From an uncultured Oscillospiraceae bacterium (GTDB taxonomy: Bacteria > Bacillota > Clostridia > Oscillospirales > Ruminococcaceae): a stretch of 64,000 nt of DNA. The first letter of the stretch is position 1. The number at the start of each line of letters is the position of its first letter. Shown piece by piece: positions 17,058 through 24,815 of this stretch. The stretch lies in assembly GCA_964370565.1 (NCBI GenBank), contig CAYJJR010000001.1, forward strand, positions 982-64,981. Reading direction: 5' to 3'. Position numbers and translations under genes: made by a program. The notes beneath the pieces are model-generated. The model saw only the letters and a program-made list of their open reading frames with translations, was not told the origin of the DNA and did not search any database.

Positions 17058-19392
17058 TAAAAAAAACGGACACTTTTATAAATATAAAAGTTCACTTGAA
17101 AAACAGCGAGAGATAAACGAGAGAGTAAGCTGTATGACGTTAAAGGAAAAAACAAAGCTTTTGTTAAGCGAGGATTTTTCTAAAGTGGGCGGTTGTGAAC
17201 GCGTTGGGATAGCGTCGATTAAATTTAAAAAAAGCGGTTTGGGACAAAACGTCACTAACCAAATATTTTTAGACGGTGGGAGTATGCAAAGACCCACCGC
17301 CTTTTTGTCATGTGCGGCAATCTCGTCAAGCTTCGACAGAAATCTTGCGTTTGATATCGGTCAAGCGGTTGCAAAACAACTTATAAAGCAACAAGTTGAT
17401 GTTGTTATCGTTCCGTCCGCCGGAATAAAAAGAAACGTTTTAAACGGCAACAACTATGAATGTTATTCGGAAGACCCTTTTTTGTCGGGCAACATCTGTG
17501 CGGGGTTAGTTAACGGAATTGAGTCGTTGGGGATTTGTGCCGCTATAAAAGATTTTTTGTCGTGCAGCAGAATAAAAAGAAGATTTACAACAAATTGTAT
17601 AATCGACAAAAAAGCACTAAATGAGATATATATCGAAGCACAAAGAATAGCTGTATTAAACTCGAAACCCTCCTGTGTTATCGTTTCGGGAAACAAAATA
17701 AACGGAGAATATGTAGCGCAAAGCAAAAAATATATCGAAGATTTGAGAAACAAGCTCGGATTTTGCGGTTTAATTGCGAGCGCTAACTGTGGGGTTGAAA
17801 ACAGAGGCGAGTCTATCTCGGCAGGGGTTGACCTTGATATGTCGGGAGAGGCAACAAAAACCGATAAAGAAACAGAAAATCTCGTTAAAAAAGGAACGAT
17901 TAGCGAAAAAACGATTTTAGACTCTGCTTTTGAAGTTGCTATGTTGTCCGACTATGTTAGTTGTTCAAGGTCGGTTGCGGACGATTATGATATCTCGGAA
18001 AATCAATTTCTTTCTCAAAAATCGGTTGAACAAACGGCGGTGCTGTTGAAAAACGAAAGCGAGTTTTTGCCTTTTTCCCAAAACGAAAAGATAGCGATAA
18101 TAGGAAGTTTTGCGGATTACAAAACAGACGAAAAAAAGTCGATGGTTGATGTTCTTTTTGAACAAAATGTGTCGTTTGATTTTGCGAAAGGTTATAACCG
18201 CGACGGAACAACAAACGACAAGCTTATAAACGAAGCAAAGGTTATGGCGAAAAATGCACACAAAACCATAGTGGTTGTTGGGGCTTTTAATCCGTTTGAA
18301 ACAAACGTAAAAAAAGACCGCGAGGATATATCTCTTTCGCAAGGTATGTTAAAGCTGATTAATTCGTTAGCCGCAGAGACAAAAAACATTTTGGTTGTTC
18401 TTACGTCGCATGAACCTGTGCAACTTCCGTTTTTGGATAGAGTTAAAAGTGTTATGGTGGTTGATATATCGGCGTGTAAAGGCGAGACGGCGGCGTTTAA
18501 TTTAATTTTCGGAAACTGTTGTCCGTCGGGCAAGCTTGCGGAAAGTTGGCCCGAAAAACTGTCGCAAATGCCGACGACAATGTTTGTCGAAAAGGATAAA
18601 CATACACAGGAATATCGCGAAGGGATCTATGTCGGATATCGATACTTTCAAAGTGTTGGGCAAAAACCTATGTTTCCGTTTGGGTTTGGGCTTTCATATT
18701 CTGAATTTGAACATAGCGACATGCGACTTGACAGGACGTCAATTGCGGAACTTGAAACGTTGACCGTATCATTTTGCATTAAAAATGTCGGTCGATATGT
18801 CGCCGCAGACGTTGTTCAAATTTACGTTTCAAAAAAAGACGAACAATATATACAGCTTAAGAATTTTGAAAAGATATTTCTTTTGCCAAACGAAAAAAGA
18901 ACAGTCGAATTGAAATTGCCCCGAACAGCGTTTTCAAGATATAACCCGAAAACAGAAGGCTGGCAGGAACAACCCGGAGAATACACCGTCCATCTTGCTT
19001 GCGACGCACAAAATATTTTGATGTCTTGCGACGTTGAAATTTTGGGCAAAAGCGTTTTAGCTATGCCAAACTACTTTGATGCCGAAGATATAAAAACTAT
19101 GGGAGAAAAGGCGTTTTACAATATTGCCGAATTCTCGAAAAAACAATCAAACTATAGAGAGTTTTCCATTAACTCAACGGTATTAGAGTTGTCGCGTTGT
19201 TCAGCGGGAATAGCGTTTAAAAAGATGCTGGAGGATAGCGAAATTTCAAAACATTCTGATTTTGAAAATCTTCCGTTGCGTTGTGTATTGGCGCTTTCAA
19301 AAGGTGAGGTGTCTAAAAAGTCTATTAATGCGTTGGTGAGTTTTTGCAACAAAAACATAAAAGGTACGATAAAAAATTTAATTTTACCTTAA
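17050..19392 (+). CDS. Glycoside hydrolase family 3-like protein (BglX-type architecture)
   Basis: 780 aa with MTLKEKTKLL, GH3 N- and C-terminal domain patterns and a C-terminal Fn3-like segment (LTVSFCIKNVGRYVAADVVQIYV). No signal peptide. The TTG start at 17050 overlaps the upstream stop; ATG 17134 is the alternative. Confidence 0.75.
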   Translation: MNSKKNGHFYKYKSSLEKQREINERVSCMTLKEKTKLLLSEDFSKVGGCERVGIASIKFKKSGLGQNVTNQIFLDGGSMQRPTAFLSCAAISSSFDRNLAFDIGQAVAKQLIKQQVDVVIVPSAGIKRNVLNGNNYECYSEDPFLSGNICAGLVNGIESLGICAAIKDFLSCSRIKRRFTTNCIIDKKALNEIYIEAQRIAVLNSKPSCVIVSGNKINGEYVAQSKKYIEDLRNKLGFCGLIASANCGVENRGESISAGVDLDMSGEATKTDKETENLVKKGTISEKTILDSAFEVAMLSDYVSCSRSVADDYDISENQFLSQKSVEQTAVLLKNESEFLPFSQNEKIAIIGSFADYKTDEKKSMVDVLFEQNVSFDFAKGYNRDGTTNDKLINEAKVMAKNAHKTIVVVGAFNPFETNVKKDREDISLSQGMLKLINSLAAETKNILVVLTSHEPVQLPFLDRVKSVMVVDISACKGETAAFNLIFGNCCPSGKLAESWPEKLSQMPTTMFVEKDKHTQEYREGIYVGYRYFQSVGQKPMFPFGFGLSYSEFEHSDMRLDRTSIAELETLTVSFCIKNVGRYVAADVVQIYVSKKDEQYIQLKNFEKIFLLPNEKRTVELKLPRTAFSRYNPKTEGWQEQPGEYTVHLACDAQNILMSCDVEILGKSVLAMPNYFDAEDIKTMGEKAFYNIAEFSKKQSNYREFSINSTVLELSRCSAGIAFKKMLEDSEISKHSDFENLPLRCVLALSKGEVSKKSINALVSFCNKNIKGTIKNLILP

Positions 19393-19459
19393 TAATAAAA
19401 GATAATATCTATTTGACGATTGCGTTTTGATATTCAAAAAAAGAGGGGAGATTTCAATA

Positions 19460-19987
19460 ATGGTGTTTAGCTTAGTGATGGCACAAAAAGACCTTGAAGC
19501 CGTGGTTGAATTATACGAGTTGTCAAGCGATTATTTTGACTCGACAAAAAATCTTGAAGGATGGAACACAAAAAGATACCCAACCGCAAAACACGCTAAA
19601 AAAGCGTTCGAGCGCAAAGAACTTTTTATAGTACATCTCGACGGACAAGCGGTTGGAACGGTGACATTAAGCGAAGATAGACCGCAAGAATACGCCGAGG
19701 TTAACTTTGAGGCAGACGGCGGGCAAAAGATATTGTACATACTGCTTATATGTGTTTCTCCAAATTTTAGAAAACTTGGAGTAGGGCAAAGAATTATGAA
19801 TTTTGTATCACAATATGCACAACAAAATCAGTTTAAAGCTATTCAAACCGATTGTTCGATCTTTAACGAACCGGTTAAAGCTCTTTATAAAAACTCCGGT
19901 TTTTACGAGGTTGGAATGGTTGATAAACAGCTCGAAAAGAAAAACGGAATTAAATGGTATTGTTGCTTTGAAAAAATCGTTGGATAG
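19460..19987 (+). CDS. GNAT family N-acetyltransferase
   Basis: Acetyl-CoA binding motif V.P.FRKLGVGQRIM. The start is set at ATG 19460, 9 nt after AAGAGGGGAG. The track ORF begins at TTG 19427. Confidence 0.75.
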   Translation: MVFSLVMAQKDLEAVVELYELSSDYFDSTKNLEGWNTKRYPTAKHAKKAFERKELFIVHLDGQAVGTVTLSEDRPQEYAEVNFEADGGQKILYILLICVSPNFRKLGVGQRIMNFVSQYAQQNQFKAIQTDCSIFNEPVKALYKNSGFYEVGMVDKQLEKKNGIKWYCCFEKIVG

Positions 19988-20100
19988 TTTTTATTTTCTT
20001 AAACGAAAAAACAACCGAATAATCCATGTGCAAAGTAAATAATAGTGAAAAAAAGGCGTTTTGTCGTCTCGTGCTTGCATAAAAATAACAGTGAATGCTT

Positions 20101-20150
20101 GAATAATCTGTCGATACTTTGGATTTGTCGGCGGATTATTTGCTTTTTAA
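20101..20150 (+). terminator. Candidate terminator after the GNAT gene
   Basis: aataatctgtcga (20102-20114) pairs with tcggcggattatt (20128-20140) in 13 bp including two G-U pairs, followed by tgcttttt. Confidence 0.4.
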
Positions 20151-20275
20151 ACACGAAAGTTTTAACAAATTTGTAGAAATTTTAATTATTATCTGATATT
20201 ATTATTAATGTTACGATTTGCCCGGTATTGTATAGTAATAATGGTGACAAAGTTTTTTGTCTAAGGAAAGATAGA

Positions 20276-20998
20276 ATGCATAAAAAAATCAATCAAAACA
20301 ACAAAGGATTTTCGCTTGTCGAACTGGTGATAGTTGTCGCGGTTATAGCGGTTATCGCTTTGCTTATATCGTTGCAGTATCTCGAATATGTCGAAAATTC
20401 TCGACAAACGAACGACCTTCAAACAGCCACTCATATTCTAAGGGGGCTTACAACCTCGATAGTCGACCCTAAAAACGGGGTGCTTGCCGGTTATGTCATA
20501 GAGGTTGTTTGGTATACAAGCGCGCCGATAGACGAAGAACATCTATATAGCAGGTTTTATGTTAAAACTCCGTCGCCGTTTAGAAGCTCTGTGTTCACAG
20601 AGGCCGGAATTCCGCCCATGACAAGGAATAACGATATAACGGACGAAATAACGTATGATATAATGGAAACGCTAAATAAGCAAACAAAAACCGACGAAGA
20701 TTTTGGGCTTTATGGTGACATAGGCGAAGCACAGTCTAAACTTGCGAAAGAGGCGAGCCTTGTTATACATATCGATTCGACAACGGGGCGAATGGCGCTT
20801 GCAAGACACATAGACTCCGATTATGACGGAGACGTTAATATTTGGTATGATAGGTTTGGGCTTGATATAATCGAAGCGACAAGGCCGGAAGAAGATATGA
20901 TTACGGTTCAACAACTGCCGGGGCAAGAGCCCGAACAAGAGACTGAACAAGAGACTGAACAAGAGCTCGAACAAGAACCTGAACAAGAACAAGAATAA
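20276..20998 (+). CDS. Prepilin-type N-terminal cleavage/methylation domain protein (type IV pilin-like / pseudopilin)
   Basis: MHKKINQNNKG|FSLVELVIVVAVIAVIAL is a class-III signal with Glu at +5. The start is at ATG 20276 after AAGGAAAG. The C-terminus is a Glu/Gln repeat (QEPEQETEQETEQELEQEPEQEQE). Confidence 0.75.
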   Translation: MHKKINQNNKGFSLVELVIVVAVIAVIALLISLQYLEYVENSRQTNDLQTATHILRGLTTSIVDPKNGVLAGYVIEVVWYTSAPIDEEHLYSRFYVKTPSPFRSSVFTEAGIPPMTRNNDITDEITYDIMETLNKQTKTDEDFGLYGDIGEAQSKLAKEASLVIHIDSTTGRMALARHIDSDYDGDVNIWYDRFGLDIIEATRPEEDMITVQQLPGQEPEQETEQETEQELEQEPEQEQE

Positions 20999-21055
20999 AC
21001 CGGAATTTTCGGTTTTGAAAAACTAAATAATACAAATATAAAGGAGACATAATCA

Positions 21056-21772
21056 ATGGGCACACCACATATAGCTGCAAATAAAGGCGATGTTGCAAAA
21101 TCAATTTTGCTTCCGGGAGATCCGAAAAGGGCAAAATATATAGCGGATAACTTTCTTGAAAACCCCGTTTGTTTTAACGAAGTCAGGGGGATGTTAGGTT
21201 ACACCGGAACGTACAAAGGAAAAAAAATATCGGTCATGGGAACAGGGATGGGAATTCCGTCTATATCAATCTATATCAACGAGCTTATGAGCGAATATGG
21301 TTGTGAAAACCTTATCCGCATAGGAACATGCGGTTCGTTTAAAGCCGAGATTGGCCTTGGTGATGTTGTCATAGCTATGGGAGCTTGTTCCGACGCAGGG
21401 TTCCTTCGCAACACGTTTGCGGGCGATTACTCCGCAATAGCAGATTTCGATCTTTTAAAATCGGCATATGAAAAATCCGTTGCTGCCGGAAAAAAAGTGA
21501 CAGTCGGGAATATACTTTCAAGCGAGATGTTTTACCCGATGTGGGAAAACGAAAAGTTTGATAACTGGGAAAAGTTTGGGGTAATCGGGGTCGAGATGGA
21601 AGCGGCTGCACTTTACACGATATCGAAAAAATTCGGCGCGCGTTCGCTCGCTATCTGCACCGTTTCGGACAACTTCAAGGTTCCGGGAATTCTTACGCCT
21701 GAAGAAAGAGAAACCACACTTAACGATATGATAACGATAGGGCTTGAAACCGCTTGGGAGTTTTCTGAATAA
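21056..21772 (+). CDS. deoD: Purine nucleoside phosphorylase DeoD-type
   Basis: 238 aa. TPHIAANKGDVAKSILLPGDPKRAKYIA...GMGIPS and the ...EMEAAALY motifs are typical of hexameric PNP. Confidence 0.92.
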   Translation: MGTPHIAANKGDVAKSILLPGDPKRAKYIADNFLENPVCFNEVRGMLGYTGTYKGKKISVMGTGMGIPSISIYINELMSEYGCENLIRIGTCGSFKAEIGLGDVVIAMGACSDAGFLRNTFAGDYSAIADFDLLKSAYEKSVAAGKKVTVGNILSSEMFYPMWENEKFDNWEKFGVIGVEMEAAALYTISKKFGARSLAICTVSDNFKVPGILTPEERETTLNDMITIGLETAWEFSE

Positions 21773-22245
21773 TGTGGTTTGATAGATTAATCGGGTTTTT
21801 TGGTTTTAAATCAAGAGAAGCTTTTTGGTCTCTCTTTAAAGAGGGAATACGGTTTTGTATAGTCGGCGTTATTAACACAGTTATATTTTATATAATATAT
21901 CTTTTGTTTTTGTATATTGATGTTAATGTTTACATAAGCTATATAATAGCGTTTGTGGTTGCGACGTTCCATTCTTACATTCTCGGAAACCTTTTTGTTT
22001 TCAAGACAAAACATAAAGAGACCGGCGCCGAAATCTCGGTTGCGGCGGGGGAAGGCCTTTTTAAAGGTAAACGTTTTGTAAAGGTTTATGTTGCATATGG
22101 CTTTACAATAGTTTTAGGGCTTGCTCTAGTTTGGTTTGACGTTAATATTTTAGGATTAACCGAAGAGATAGCCCCCCTTATTAACTTATTTGTAACTACG
22201 CCTGTAAACTTTTTAATTAATAAATTTTGGGCGTACAAAGACTAA
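21772..22245 (+). CDS. GtrA family membrane protein
   Basis: 157 aa with four hydrophobic helices. It has the N-terminal FCIVGVINTVIFYIIY pattern and the C-terminal NFLINKFWAYKD typical of GtrA-like proteins. Its ATG overlaps the deoD stop by 1 nt. Confidence 0.8.
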   Translation: MWFDRLIGFFGFKSREAFWSLFKEGIRFCIVGVINTVIFYIIYLLFLYIDVNVYISYIIAFVVATFHSYILGNLFVFKTKHKETGAEISVAAGEGLFKGKRFVKVYVAYGFTIVLGLALVWFDVNILGLTEEIAPLINLFVTTPVNFLINKFWAYKD

Positions 22246-22255
22246 AAAAAAGTGC

Positions 22256-22284
22256 TTGCAATATTAAAAACGGTATGTTATACT
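22256..22284 (+). promoter_or_regulatory. Candidate sigma-A promoter of the rimP-nusA-infB operon
   Basis: TTGCAA (22256-22261), a 17-nt spacer, then TATACT (22279-22284) with a TGT extended -10. Confidence 0.5.
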
Positions 22285-22366
22285 GTTTGTAGAAGGAAGA
22301 GTGGGTTTGCCCGCTCTTTCATGTTTGTAAAGATAAATTTAAAAGTCAAGATATTTGGAGAAAAGA

Positions 22367-22852
22367 ATGGCAAAAAAAATGAATACGGCGAGTTTGGTTA
22401 GAGAAGCTATTGAACCTATTGCCGTCGAACAAGGATTAATGCTTTGGGATGTGCGGTTTGAAAAAGAAGGTCCCGAATGGTTTTTGAGGGCGTTTATAGA
22501 CAAAGAGGGCGGAGTTGGGCTTGACGATTGTGAAAAGTTTAGCCGAGCTATCGACCCGATTTTAGACCAGCTTGACCCAACTGAACACAGTTATTTTCTT
22601 GAAGTTTCCTCCCCTGGAATTGGGAGAACGTTGACAAACGATAAACACCTTGATGCATATATCGAAAAAGAGGTAGAACTTAAACTTATTCGACCCGACA
22701 ACGAGGGAAAAAAAGAGTTTTTCGGAATGCTTAAAGGATATGATGATAAAGAAATTTCGACTGAGATTGACGGACAGACAAAGGCTTTTGATAAAAAAGC
22801 GTTGGCATATATTAAAGCATCGGAACAAGATCTATTTGGAGGAAAAAAATAA
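22367..22852 (+). CDS. rimP: Ribosome maturation factor RimP
   Basis: Conserved position ahead of nusA, with the LEVSSPGIGRTL motif. The start is set at ATG 22367 after GGAG; the track begins at TTG 22355. Confidence 0.88.
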   Translation: MAKKMNTASLVREAIEPIAVEQGLMLWDVRFEKEGPEWFLRAFIDKEGGVGLDDCEKFSRAIDPILDQLDPTEHSYFLEVSSPGIGRTLTNDKHLDAYIEKEVELKLIRPDNEGKKEFFGMLKGYDDKEISTEIDGQTKAFDKKALAYIKASEQDLFGGKK

Positions 22853-23907
22853 TGAATGCCGAATTTTTTGAAGCGCTGGCACTCCTTGAAAAGGAAAAAG
22901 GAATACCGGCGGAGTATATCATTGAAAAGATAAAAAACGCTATTTTAATAGCAACAAAAAAGGAATATGGAAACGGCGATAACATAGTTGTCGACATCGA
23001 CCCTGAAAAGAAAAACTTTTCAGTATACCTTACAAAAAACATAGTTGAAGAGGTTGAAAATCCCGAGCTTGAGATTACGCTTGAAGACGCTAAAAAGATG
23101 AAGGCGCGTTCAAAACTCGGCGGAGTGCTTGAAATTCCTATTAAAACAAAGGATTTCGGCAGAATTGCGGCACAAACCGCGAAACATGTTATCCATCAAA
23201 ACATACGTGAGGTTGAGCGCAAGATATTGTTTGACGAGATTTCGGAAAAACAAGGCGAGCTTTTGACCGTTACGGTAATGAAGATAGACCACAAAAAAGG
23301 CGCGGCAGTTGTCGAGATTGGGAAAAACGAAGCGATGCTTCCAAAGTCCGAGATGCTCCCCGGTGAGGAGATAAGAGAGGGCGACAGGATAAAAGTATAC
23401 ATCGTAGAGGTTGCCTCGACCGACCATGGACCCAAAATTATGATATCGCGCACCCATTCAAACATAATAAGAAGGATGCTTGAAACCGAGGTTCCCGAAA
23501 TATTCGATGGAACGGTTGAGATTAAAGGAATTGCAAGGGAAGCGGGAGCGAGAACTAAGATAGCGGTTTATTCAAAAGATCCTAACGTAGACCCGAGAGG
23601 GGCGTGTATCGGCCCTCGCGGAAGTCGAATTGCAACGATAGTTGAAGAACTCGGCGGCGAGAAAATCGACGTGGTTCTTTGGAGCGAAAATCCCGACGAG
23701 TTTATCTCGGAAGCGCTTTCGCCCGCAAACGTTAAAAGCGTTGAGGTTATAGACCCCGAAACCAAAGCTTGTAAAGTAACCGTTCCGGACCATCAACTTT
23801 CTCTTGCTATCGGAAACAAAGGACAAAATGCGCGACTTGCGGCGCGTCTTACAGGATTTAAAATAGATATTCGCCCCGAAAGCGGATACTATGGCGAGGA
23901 AGAATAA
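22852..23907 (+). CDS. nusA: Transcription termination/antitermination factor NusA
   Basis: 351 aa with the N-terminal NusA domain, an S1 domain (GELLTVTVMKIDHKKGAAVVEIG) and two KH domains (ACIGPRGSRI, LAIGNKGQNARLA). Confidence 0.95.
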   Translation: MNAEFFEALALLEKEKGIPAEYIIEKIKNAILIATKKEYGNGDNIVVDIDPEKKNFSVYLTKNIVEEVENPELEITLEDAKKMKARSKLGGVLEIPIKTKDFGRIAAQTAKHVIHQNIREVERKILFDEISEKQGELLTVTVMKIDHKKGAAVVEIGKNEAMLPKSEMLPGEEIREGDRIKVYIVEVASTDHGPKIMISRTHSNIIRRMLETEVPEIFDGTVEIKGIAREAGARTKIAVYSKDPNVDPRGACIGPRGSRIATIVEELGGEKIDVVLWSENPDEFISEALSPANVKSVEVIDPETKACKVTVPDHQLSLAIGNKGQNARLAARLTGFKIDIRPESGYYGEEE

Positions 23908-23908
23908 A

Positions 23909-23943
23909 ACACGAAAATATAAATTGAAATTTATATTTTCGTG
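23909..23943 (+). other. AT-rich 15-bp hairpin immediately after the nusA stop
   Basis: cacgaaaatataaat-tgaa-atttatattttcgtg forms a perfect stem. Its 3' arm is the start of the first tandem repeat unit. Confidence 0.7.
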
Positions 23944-24195
23944 TGGCAAATTTGAAGTAAAGCCAAAAATTCAAATTTGCGGCAGGGCGAAGATATAAAG
24001 AAACTAAATTAAAACTAAAGTAAATAGTTTTCGTGTGGCAAATTTGAAGCAAAGCCAAAAATTCAAATTTGCGGCAGGGCGAAGATTTGAAACTAAATTA
24101 AAACTAAATTAAATAGTTTTCGTGTGGCAAATTTGAAGTAAAGCCAAAAATTCAAATTTGCGGCAGGGCGAAGATATAAAGAAACTAAATAAAGA
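23936..24195 (+). repeat. Three tandem 89-92 nt direct repeats in the nusA-ylxR intergenic region
   Basis: Units start at about 23936, 24028 and 24117 (cgtgtggc at 23940, 24032 and 24121). Units 1 and 3 are identical over about 74 nt. Unit 2 differs by one substitution and a short indel. Each unit contains gcaaatttgaa-13 nt-ttcaaatttgc. Confidence 0.92.
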
Positions 24196-24212
24196 AGGCT
24201 TGGGGCAAAAAC

Positions 24213-24482
24213 ATGACGGGCAAAACAAAGAAAGTTCCCGAAAGAATGTGTGTCGGCTGTCGAGCCGGCAAACAAAAACAACAGCTTTTGCGTATAGTGT
24301 GCAACAAAAACGGCAATATATTGGTTGACAAAACCGGAAAAGCCGAGGGCAGGGGCGCATATGTATGCAAGTCAAAGCAATGTCTCGAAAAAGCATTGAA
24401 AAACAAAGGTTTAAACCGTGCTTTTAAAAGAGAGATCCCAAAAGAGATAATGGAAAATCTCGCTTGTGAGATAGAGGATTAA
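24213..24482 (+). CDS. ylxR: YlxR family RNA-binding protein (DUF448)
   Basis: 89 aa with the PERMCVGCRAGKQKQQLLRIV motif and the conserved position between nusA and infB. Confidence 0.85.
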   Translation: MTGKTKKVPERMCVGCRAGKQKQQLLRIVCNKNGNILVDKTGKAEGRGAYVCKSKQCLEKALKNKGLNRAFKREIPKEIMENLACEIED

Positions 24483-24491
24483 TTAAAAGAT

Positions 24492-24803
24492 ATGAAAAAC
24501 AGCTTTAGCAACCCCGTTTGCTCGGCGATTTCGATGTGTCGAAAGGCGGGAAAGCTTGAAATTGGGTTCGACGTGACCGAAACTGCGGTTAAAAAAAAGA
24601 CCGCAAAGCTTGTGGTGATTGCTTTGGACGCGTCGCCGAGAACCGAAAAAAATATACTAATGGCATGTGAACAAAACAACATCCGCACTGTTAAGCTAAA
24701 CGTTACGATGGAACTTATTGAACTGTCTGTCGGAAGAAAGTTTGCGGTTGCGGCGGTATTGGACGAAAACTTTGCGAAACTAATTGAAACAAAAGCCGGA
24801 TAG
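24492..24803 (+). CDS. ylxQ: L7Ae/L30e family RNA-binding protein (YlxQ-like)
   Basis: 103 aa. Its size, position between ylxR and infB, and the ...MCRKAGKLEIGFDVTETAVKKK.AKLVVIALDASP pattern fit the family. Confidence 0.8.
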   Translation: MKNSFSNPVCSAISMCRKAGKLEIGFDVTETAVKKKTAKLVVIALDASPRTEKNILMACEQNNIRTVKLNVTMELIELSVGRKFAVAAVLDENFAKLIETKAG

Positions 24804-24815
24804 GGAGGACGTTAT

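Noticed and set aside
23936-24195. CRISPR array interpretation of the 90-nt tandem units (and of the 15-nt units at 30619-30675)
   Set aside because: The units are directly adjacent with no unique spacers. The unit sizes are wrong for repeat-spacer architecture, and no cas genes are present.
23858-24406. Minus-strand ORFs of 62-95 aa across the nusA-ylxR repeat array (23858-24058, 24093-24281, 24109-24396, 24185-24406)
   Set aside because: They simply re-translate the tandem repeat (LYLRPAANLNFWLYFKFATRK recurs). They lack SD sequences and overlap ylxR antisense, so they are artefacts of repetitive AT-rich DNA.
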